64,000 nucleotides of DNA from an uncultured Verrucomicrobiae bacterium (lineage in GTDB: Bacteria; Verrucomicrobiota; Verrucomicrobiia; Limisphaerales; JAFGQR01), in the NCBI GenBank assembly GCA_963788655.1, contig CAWBHS010000079.1, positions 1 to 64,000 of the forward strand. The letters are read 5' to 3'. Positions 55,609-64,000 of the stretch are shown here, in pieces. The notes under the pieces were generated by a model. The model was not told where the DNA came from, did no database searches, and saw only the letters and a program-made list of their open reading frames with translations. Each line of letters starts with the position of its first letter. Position 1 is the stretch's first letter. Position numbers and translations under genes: made by a program.

Positions 55609-56105
55609 TGGCGAAACTTAACAACGCCGAGACAACGAGGGCCTTAGCAATGGAAGTCCCATCGAAAATGAATCCGGTGAATGCGTTATAGCTGAAGTCC
55701 GTTGATGAATTCCCACTGTCCGACGCTCGTTTCTTCATGGCGGCGAACTGTTACCCAATCAGAGTGTTTTGTCGAGCATTTGCGGAAGAACATGCGCTGG
55801 CCTCTTACCACAGAAGCGGCCGTCTTTGACCCGTACCCACCAGCAGTTCTCACCTCATGCCGATTTGATCGTCCCAACTTTGAAGCGTGGAAGTTGTCCC
55901 CTGCACAGATGAAAACATCCGCGTTCCGAGATGCCAGTTCGCAGCTTTCTGTGGTCCGAATTTCCTGCTGCGTTGTATTCGCCGCTCATGAAGGCGCACG
56001 GTCGGTCGAGGAAGAGTTGGATCTGCTTTTGACCATTGCCCGGCAATGTGGTTTAATTAATTTAAGCAGAGAAACCGGCAGTTCTTGGTGTACAACACTT
56101 TAAAC

Positions 56106-59100
56106 ATGCCTCAGGGTGGATCGGCCCACCGCTGGAGAGGGACACCTCATAAATTGTTTGTGTGGGTGAGCGCCTTCGTGCTGGGAATCGCGGCGGGACG
56201 CGCTCCTGGCCAACCAGTGATCAACGAGATTCTAATCAATCCTCCCGGGGGGGATGCGCCCAATGAATATATCGAGTTGCGGGGCACTCCCAATTATGTA
56301 TTCCCATCCGGCAGTTACCTGGTGGTTCTGGAAGGTGATACCAACAGCAATCCTGGCGCGATTGACGATATCTTCGAGCTGTCCGGCAAAGCGATCGGCG
56401 GCAATGGCTTTCTGGTACTGTTGCAGAAGGGCAACATCTTTTCGCCCAATGCGAATGCCGCCGTCTATGCCAACCACGGCAGCGGGGACGGCTGGGGCGA
56501 TGCCTCGTCGAGTTCGATTGGACATCTGGGAAATACGGAATTGGAAAATGGCTCGCAAACCTTCCTGCTGATTCAAACCACCAACCACCCTGCGCTCGGT
56601 GAGGACATGGATGCCAACGACGATGGCCTTCCTGACCATCCCGAATATGCCAGTTGGATAATCGTCGATTCGATCGGCGTGATGGATCTGGATGCGGACA
56701 TCGTCTATGGCGCGATTAATTTCTGCGGCAATACCAACGGCCTGGCAACCGGAACAGTGGTCAACGTGCCGTTCGAACCGCGATACGTGGGGCGCACGGG
56801 CAACACCATCGGGTCTGGACCATCGGATTGGGTGGTGAGCGGAGATGTCAATGTCGATCCCCTGGTTAATGTGATCGCGCCGTATTTGGTCTTGGGAAAT
56901 GTCGCGGAAACCGTACCGAGCAGCTTTCAGCACCGCGCCTTGAATCATCTGGGCGCGCCAAATTTTGGCGCTCCGGCCTTTCCCGGAGTGGCGGTTACCG
57001 AAAGCAACGGCAGCACGACCGTGGGGGAAGGCACCGGCACGGATTCTTATACGGTTCAACTGAACACGGTGCCCAACGGTAATGTCACCATCGAAATACA
57101 CTCAGTCGAGCCGGTGCAAATCAGCACCGACGGCGGCAGCACCTTCGGCTATACCCGAACGGTGACGCTGGCGAACACCACCCCGCGCACGGTGACCGTG
57201 CGGGCCCTCGACGATAATGTCATCGACACTTCGCCCAATCGGCGGCCGATTACGCACACGATCATCAACAGCGGCGATTCAGTGAATTATCCGGTTACTG
57301 CGCTAACGCCCATCGTGAACGTCCAGGTGGGGGAAAACGACTGGTTGGTGCTGAACGAATTGAAGGTGAATCCGCCGGGAATCAGACGACGCGCCATTCG
57401 AGTACATTGAACTGCGCGGTCCGCCCAACGCTTTGCTGAAGAATATCGAAGTGCTGGTAATCGACGGCGACGTGAACGGCGATCCGGGACATGCGGACGT
57501 AGTCGTGGACCTGGACCAGGTGGCGCTCGGAGGCAGTGGTTTGCTGGTCATTGCCGCGCCGGTTAATCCTTACCAGATACCTGACGGCACCACCATTTTC
57601 CTCGCATCCCAATTGGGACAGCAAGGCGGTGGACTGGATAATGGCACCACGTCCTTCCTGCTCATTTCCACACCGACGCGCGTGATCGAAGGCACCGATC
57701 TGGATGCAGGCAACAATGGCAAGTTGGAAGGGCTGCCCGAGGGAGCCACCATCCTGGATGCCGTTGGTTGGAGTGATGGCAACACGAATGATCTCGTATT
57801 CGGGGGCGTGGTGCTGACCCAGGCCTCGGGAACGCCGGATGCGGCCACGCGGTTCACGTTCGACCTGACGCCGAGCGATGCCAGTGCGTGGTTCAACGGC
57901 GATTTGGCTGGGGAAACGGGTGACTCGGTGATTTACGACAGCAGCATGGTAAGCAGTAATTTCCCCTTCGGCGCGATCCTGACGCCGGGCATTTTTGCCA
58001 ACTCGCCGCCGAGCATCACGCCCCTGGCGCCTTACTCGAACGTCATCGGCGATCCCTCGGATCAAGGAGTCACCTTCTGGGTCAACGACGCCGAAACAGC
58101 GCCGGATCGTTTGCTCGTGACCGCCACCAGCAGCGATTCCGCCGTGGTGCCGAACAACCATTTACTGATCACACCGGGCGGCGGCGGCCAACGCACGCTG
58201 CATCTCGACCCGGTGGGCGTGGGTTACGCGACGATCACGTTCACGGTGGACGATGGCGATGAGATTGCCCAAATCACCATGGACTATGCGGCTTCGGCCA
58301 TGGGCCGGCCCGGCGGGATTTTCCCCACGGGAATGAGCGATGCCTCAAGCGCCCTGGCCCTGGATGCCGATACCATGTTAGTGGGTGACGATGAAAGTCA
58401 GACCATCCGTTTGTACCGCCGTGATCGATCGGGAGGACCGCTCCTGGGATTCGATCTCAATCCCTTTTTGCATCTGACTGATCTGTACGACGACGGCCGT
58501 CCGCGGGAAGTGGACATCGAAGGCAGCACCCGCGTGGGCAACCGCATTTACTGGATGGGGGCCCATTCCCATGCCCGCAATTCCGAATCCCGCACCAACC
58601 GCGGACGTATTTTCGCCACCGATTTGTCCGGCTCGGGCACCAACATCACCCTCGACTTCATCGGGCATTACAACTTCCTCAAGTTGGACCTGATCGCCTG
58701 GGACGCCAGCAATCAGCACGGCAAGGGAGCGGACTACTATGGTCTGGCGGCCAGTGGCGCCGAAGGGATTGATCCGAAAGCCCCTGATGGTTCTGGGTTC
58801 AACCTGGAAGGGCTGTGCATGGCCCCTGGCAGCAGCACCACGGCTTATCTTGGCTTTCGCGCTCCTTTGATCCCGCCGACCAACCGGTCCAAGGCGCTGA
58901 TCATCACCCTCACGAATTTCAACTCGCTGGCCATCAGCTACGGCGGGCTGGGTTCCGCACAATTTGGTGCGCCCATTGAACTGGACCTCAATGGCCATGG
59001 CATACGGAGCCTCGAGGGAAATTCAAATGGGTTCATGATCGTCGCTGGTCCGCCCGACCTCGCCACCGAGGATCCGCCCAAGAATTTTGAATTATACACC

Positions 59101-59562
59101 TGGACCGGCCACCCGGAAGACCCGCCGCAATTGCGGGCGGCCAACCTGTCCGGCATGATCCCGGAGGGCATTGTCGAATTGCCGCCTCCGCCCTGGACGG
59201 ACACCACGCAGGTGCAACTGGTCAGTGACAACGGGATCACAGTTTACTACGACGATAACAAACAGGCGAAGGTGCTGGCCGAACCCAACTTCAAGAAGTT
59301 CCGCACCGACTGGGTGACGCTGGGGCCGGTGGTGGTGCCGCCGCCGGTCATCCAAACCATTATTCCCGATGGCGACGACTTGCTTTTGACCTGGAAGGCC
59401 ATCATCGGCCACACCTACAAGGTGCAGTATAAAATGGACATGAGTGCCCCGAACTGGCTCGACGTTAACGGAACCGTCACCGCCACCGATACGTTCGCCA
59501 GCGCCCGGTTGGCCTTGGAACACGCTGGCCAGCGGTTTTACCGGGTGGTCTGCCTGCCGTGA
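56106..59562 (+). CDS. Large secreted protein: two lamin-tail-like domains, Ig/Calx-like linkers, DUF3616-like domain, C-terminal motif; +1 frameshift near 57381
   Basis: 'INEILINPPG..NEYIELRG' repeated as 'LNELKVNPPG..FEYIELRG'; 'DIEG...IYWMGAHS', 'FNLEGL', 'LGFRAPL'; 'YKVQYK...W...RFYRV'. Confidence 0.75.
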
Positions 59563-59714
59563 TCGATTGACAGGTTCCAGGATTGAATTGACTTTGGACT
59601 TGGAAACGCAACAGAGTATCCTCACTAAACAGAAGCCTAACGCCGGAAGCGTCAACCCCATCCAATGAGACCGTTAACAAGCAGTAACATTCGTGCAAGA
59701 ACAACGATCCATCA

Positions 59715-62700
59715 ATGAGTAGCATAAAACGAATGCGACGCCGGATAGCGGGGACCGCGGCATTCTGGTTGGCGTTTTGGGGAATCGGGATGGGCTGGCT
59801 GCCGGCAGCCAAAGTGCCCGAGCCATCTCCCTTGCCTAATTTCGACCGGCGGATGGAAGAAGCACCGGCAACCCCGTTGCTCGCAGCTCGAACGGCCGCC
59901 TTGGCTCGCCTGCGGAAGCAGGTGCCCGAGATAGAAATTAGTGAGGATGCCCTGCAACAGGCCCCGGCATGGGTGCATGCTCGCCACGGATTTCTCAGCG
60001 GCCCGAACGGCCAGGGACGCGCCATTTCCGAAGCGGCCCAACGGGCCCTCCCGGCCAATGACTCCCAACGCCCACTCAAAGCGTTCTTGAATGATCATCC
60101 CAACGTGTTTGGACATGATGCCCGCGCGCTGAACCAAGCCCGGATGACACGCAATTATGTCACGCGGCACAACGGATTGCGCACGGTTGTATGGCAGCAA
60201 CGAATCGATGACATCCCGGTCTTCGGCGGATTACTGGTGGGCCACATCACCCGTAAGGGCGAATTGGTGAGTGTGACAAGCCACTTTGTGCCCGACCCGG
60301 ATGCAGCTATTCAGCGGGCGCGACCGCGTCGTGTCGGCGGCCAACCTCGTCCGGACTTGTCCGCGGCCGAAGCCATTGTTCAGGCAGCAAAAAATCTCGG
60401 CGAAGAATTGCGCGTCGAGCAAATCACCCCGCTGCCCAATTCGTCCGATGGCGATCCCGGCGAGCAACGCTTTGTCGCTCCGGGATTGCTGGGTGAAACG
60501 TACGCCCGTCTGGTTTGGTTACCCCTGAATCGCCGGGACGTGCGGCTAAGCTGGGAAGTGACTTTGAAAAGCGCGCGGTTGAACCGCTTGTTCCGCCTGG
60601 TGATTGACGCCGAAACGGGCGAAGTCATGGTCCGGCACAATTTGACATTCGATCTGAGCGACGCCACCTATCGCGTTTTTACCAGCGACAGTCCCACGCC
60701 CATGTCGCCGGGATTCGATGAGCCCGTCACCAACCAACCGCCGCTGGTGGAGCACGCGCTGATGACCTTGTCCGCCCTGGATACGAACGCCTCACCGCTG
60801 GGCTGGATTTCCGATGGCGTCAACGAAACGCGCGGCAACAACGTCGATGCCCATTTGGATCGCGATTACAACGACCTGCCGGACCTTCCGCGTCTCCAGG
60901 GCTCGCCGGCGCGCGTCTTCGATTTTCCGTTGGACTTGACCCAGTCGCCGTCCGTCAACCGTCAGGCTGCGGTGGTGCAGGTGTTTTACTGGTGCAACTG
61001 GATGCACGACAAACTCTACCAACTCGGCTTCACCGAGGAGGCCGGCAATTTTCAAGAGAACAACTTCGGTCGCGGTGGCACGGGCGGGGACGCCGTGCAG
61101 GCGGATGTGCAGGATGGTTGGACGTACAACGGTTCCAACTTCGACGCGCAAGAGGAAGGACACCCGGGCCGGATGCAGATTGGCATCTTCACCGGGGCCG
61201 ATCCGGACCGGGATGCGGCGTTCGACGCCGAAGTGGTACTACACGAATACACTCACGGTCTGACGGGGCGATTGGTGGGCGGTGGTAACGGGCTGAATAC
61301 GAAGCAGGGCCAAGGAATGGCGGAAGGCTGGTCGGACTTTTACGCACTGGCACTGTTGAGTGAACCTGACGATAACATCGATGGCGTATATGCCATGGGC
61401 GCTTATGTGGCTTACCGCGGGGCGGCCTTCAACCAAAATTACTATTTTGGTTACCGGCGTTACCCTTATTCCACCGACATTCTCAAGAATCCACTCACGT
61501 TCAAAGACATTGATGACTCGCAAGCCAGCAGTCACCCGGGCATCCCGCGGAGTTCAGGAATTGACTATCCACCCAGTTACATTTACAGCCTGGGAGAATT
61601 CTGGTGTGTGACGCTGTGGGATATGCGCGCCAACCTCATCCACAAGTACGGCTTCGCCACCGGCAATCAACTGGCCCTGCAACTCGTCACCGACGCGCTG
61701 AAACTCACTCCGGCCAATCCCACCTTTATTGACGCGCGCCAAGCAATCCTGGATGCCGATCAAGTCAATGGCAACGAGAACTTTTACGAGCTATGGGCGG
61801 CCTTTGCCAAACGCGGGATGGGCCACAGCGCCGTGTGCCCTCGCAGCACCACCACCACGGGCGTGCAAGAGGCGTTTGACATTCCGGACGACCTGGCCAT
61901 CACTCCGCTGATGGGATTCGTTGCCACCGGCCCGGTGGAGGGTCCCTTCGGCCCATCGACACAGACTTATACGCTGGCCAATGTGAGCACGAACGACGTG
62001 GAATGGACCGCCTCGCACGCCAGCTCCTGGCTGTCGCTCTCGCTCACCAATGGTTCGCTGCCGGCTGGAGCGCCCGCTACCTCGGTATCCATTACCCTGA
62101 ATGAAGCCGCCTACGCCCTGCCGGCGGGCATTTACTCCGACACCGTGTGGTTTACCAATCTGACGACGGCCGCGGGCCAAATGCTGCCTTTCATCTTGCG
62201 GGTTGGGCAGCCCGATTACTTCACGGAAATCTTTGAAGCCAACGACAACGATCTGGATTACTCGACCTTCACCTTCATGCCCGACGGCTCGGCAAGCTAT
62301 TACGCGGTGTGTCGGGAAGTGGCGACCAATTTCCCGACTGATCCTTTTGGCGGAATCCCCGTGAACCTCAAGGACGACAGCAATGCGGCCATCACCGTTA
62401 CGGGTGGTAATCAGGTGTCGTTGTATGGCGTCAACTCCACGAACTTTTTCATTGGCAGCAACGGCTATATCACCTTTGGACAAGGTGATAATGAAGTCGG
62501 CCAGTCGCTGGATGCGCATTTCAAGCTGCCGCGCATTTCCGGCTTGTTCCTCGATTTGAATCCGGAAGCGGGCGGCACGGTCACTTGGAACCAACTCAGC
62601 AATCGGGTGGTGGTCACGTTTCAGGCGGTCCCCAAATACCAGGAAACCAACGGCAACAGTTTCCAAATCGAACTGTTTTTCGACGGCACCATTCGCCTGA

Positions 62701-64000
62701 CCTATTTGAACATCGCCGTCAAAGATGGCTTGGTGGGACTGAGTCGCGGCACCGGCTTTCCGGCGAACTGGTTCGAGAGCGATTTCAGCGCCTACGCCGG
62801 TTGCCTTGATCCGCTGGTGGTGGAATTGCCGGACCACGCCACCGAAGGCGACGGATTGCTGGCCCAGCAGGGGCAGGTCATGCTGCCCCGACCGCTGACG
62901 ACCAATGTCACCGTGCGCCTCACCTCCAGCGATGAAACCGAGTTGGTTCCGACCAACAGCGTGACCGTTCCCGCCGGCGCCACCTACGCCACGTTCAACT
63001 TATGGGTTATCGATGATGCCGTATTGGATGGCGGCCAGGAAGTCACCATTCAAGCTTCGGCCCCCGGCATTCGGAAGGGCACCGATTCCATGACCATTCT
63101 GGACAATGAATCCGCCATGCTCAGCGTTTCCGTTCCGGCGACCACGACCGAAGGCACCGGTGCAGAGAACGGCGTGGTCAGCGTCAGCGCAGCTCCAGCC
63201 AAACCGGTCGCCGTTCATTTGGCAACCAGTTACACGGACGAAATTGATGTCCCGGCTTATGTGGTCATTCCCGCCGGCGCAACCTCCGTGGGCTTTACCA
63301 TCACCGTCTATGATGATGATGAAATCGACGGCACCCAGGTGGCCAGCATTACCGCGCACGTGGCCAATTGGATCGATGGCTCCGGCGTAATCAACGTTCA
63401 AGACAACGAGGACACATACCTGCGGCTCAACCTGCCCGCGCAGGTCCATGAAAACGACGGGGTGCTGCCGAATGCCGGCACTTTGCGCATTGCGGGGACA
63501 TTGCAGACGAACCTGGCGGTGGGGCTGAGTTCCGACCATCCAGCCGACTTGCAGGTGCCGGCCGTGGTCACCATCCCCGCCGGCCAGACGCTCGCCACGT
63601 TCAGCCTGACGATCCTGGATAACCTCCAGGCCAACGAGTCGGTTCCGGTTACGGTTGCTGCGATCGCGACCGGCTTCCAAAACGCCGCGGCCCAGATCAC
63701 CATTCTGGACGATGAAGTGCCAGATGCGCCCATCGGGCCAAACCCGGCCGACCTGGCCACCCACGTACCCATTTATTGGAACCTGGCGTGGAACATTCCC
63801 GACCGGGAACTCATCGCCAACGGAGGTTTTGAAGCGGGTAGTTTTGTGGGCTGGTACAAAGAAAACGACGTGCGCGGCGATTTTTACCTCAATGACGGCA
63901 ACTACGTTCCCGCCAGCCTGGACGGTCCTTTGCCCCCGGCGACGGGCGACTACAGCGTGGTCAGCGATCAAGCGCAGCAGAACGGCTGGCGGGCGCTGTA
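59715..64000 (+). CDS. Giant secreted M36 (fungalysin-family) metallopeptidase, 3' truncated by window edge; missing from the ORF track
   Basis: Frame from ATG 59715 is in phase at the checked motifs and at the window end; propeptide 'QQRIDDIPVF', 'GNNVDAH', 'LGFTEEAGNFQ', 'HEYTHGL..RL', 'GMAEGWSDF', then BACON-like, nidogen-like and Calx-beta-like modules. Confidence 0.9.
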   Translation, partial: MSSIKRMRRRIAGTAAFWLAFWGIGMGWLPAAKVPEPSPLPNFDRRMEEAPATPLLAARTAALARLRKQVPEIEISEDALQQAPAWVHARHGFLSGPNGQGRAISEAAQRALPANDSQRPLKAFLNDHPNVFGHDARALNQARMTRNYVTRHNGLRTVVWQQRIDDIPVFGGLLVGHITRKGELVSVTSHFVPDPDAAIQRARPRRVGGQPRPDLSAAEAIVQAAKNLGEELRVEQITPLPNSSDGDPGEQRFVAPGLLGETYARLVWLPLNRRDVRLSWEVTLKSARLNRLFRLVIDAETGEVMVRHNLTFDLSDATYRVFTSDSPTPMSPGFDEPVTNQPPLVEHALMTLSALDTNASPLGWISDGVNETRGNNVDAHLDRDYNDLPDLPRLQGSPARVFDFPLDLTQSPSVNRQAAVVQVFYWCNWMHDKLYQLGFTEEAGNFQENNFGRGGTGGDAVQADVQDGWTYNGSNFDAQEEGHPGRMQIGIFTGADPDRDAAFDAEVVLHEYTHGLTGRLVGGGNGLNTKQGQGMAEGWSDFYALALLSEPDDNIDGVYAMGAYVAYRGAAFNQNYYFGYRRYPYSTDILKNPLTFKDIDDSQASSHPGIPRSSGIDYPPSYIYSLGEFWCVTLWDMRANLIHKYGFATGNQLALQLVTDALKLTPANPTFIDARQAILDADQVNGNENFYELWAAFAKRGMGHSAVCPRSTTTTGVQEAFDIPDDLAITPLMGFVATGPVEGPFGPSTQTYTLANVSTNDVEWTASHASSWLSLSLTNGSLPAGAPATSVSITLNEAAYALPAGIYSDTVWFTNLTTAAGQMLPFILRVGQPDYFTEIFEANDNDLDYSTFTFMPDGSASYYAVCREVATNFPTDPFGGIPVNLKDDSNAAITVTGGNQVSLYGVNSTNFFIGSNGYITFGQGDNEVGQSLDAHFKLPRISGLFLDLNPEAGGTVTWNQLSNRVVVTFQAVPKYQETNGNSFQIELFFDGTIRLTYLNIAVKDGLVGLSRGTGFPANWFESDFSAYAGCLDPLVVELPDHATEGDGLLAQQGQVMLPRPLTTNVTVRLTSSDETELVPTNSVTVPAGATYATFNLWVIDDAVLDGGQEVTIQASAPGIRKGTDSMTILDNESAMLSVSVPATTTEGTGAENGVVSVSAAPAKPVAVHLATSYTDEIDVPAYVVIPAGATSVGFTITVYDDDEIDGTQVASITAHVANWIDGSGVINVQDNEDTYLRLNLPAQVHENDGVLPNAGTLRIAGTLQTNLAVGLSSDHPADLQVPAVVTIPAGQTLATFSLTILDNLQANESVPVTVAAIATGFQNAAAQITILDDEVPDAPIGPNPADLATHVPIYWNLAWNIPDRELIANGGFEAGSFVGWYKENDVRGDFYLNDGNYVPASLDGPLPPATGDYSVVSDQAQQNGWRAL

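Noticed and set aside
55686..56103. Short ORFs on both strands in a lower-GC stretch
   Set aside because: No recognisable motif or consistent coding frame

Overview
A GC-rich bacterial chromosome segment, most likely Verrucomicrobiota subdivision 3 (Pedosphaera/Limisphaera-like). The taxon is inferred from secreted proteins with the C-terminal 'Y.VQY...L..W...FYRV' domain, a PUR protein, a Bat operon and the repeat types. Core-type genes include a PilC/GspF end, xylB, qor, a SWIM-SNF2 pair, family-4 UDG, GH32, a carbamoyltransferase with SxtJ, a desaturase with an RRM protein, an ECF sigma pair, a MoxR/Bat operon, a VIT-VWA protein, a lamin-tail/DUF3616 protein and a large M36 peptidase that runs off the end. 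A stress-type accessory block of about 13.5 kb (about 13.5-27.1 kb) is bounded on both sides by broken, fused gene fragments. It carries a tightly coupled PolX(PHP)-LigA-DUF72 operon, a candidate self-contained DNA repair module with no Ku or LigD in the window. The block also holds two ferritin-like proteins, a small metallothionein-like protein, a flavoreductase and ion transporters. Other notable signals are several GTAG-type REP/REPIN families, heptamer repeats, a toxin-antitoxin pair inside the Bat operon, many apparently leaderless genes, a structured 5' UTR on the RRM gene and many gene scars. Frameshifts in conserved genes (xylB, moxR, DUF58) may be assembly errors. No rRNA, tRNA, CRISPR array or transposase was recognised. 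All product calls come from motif recognition by eye, not database searches.
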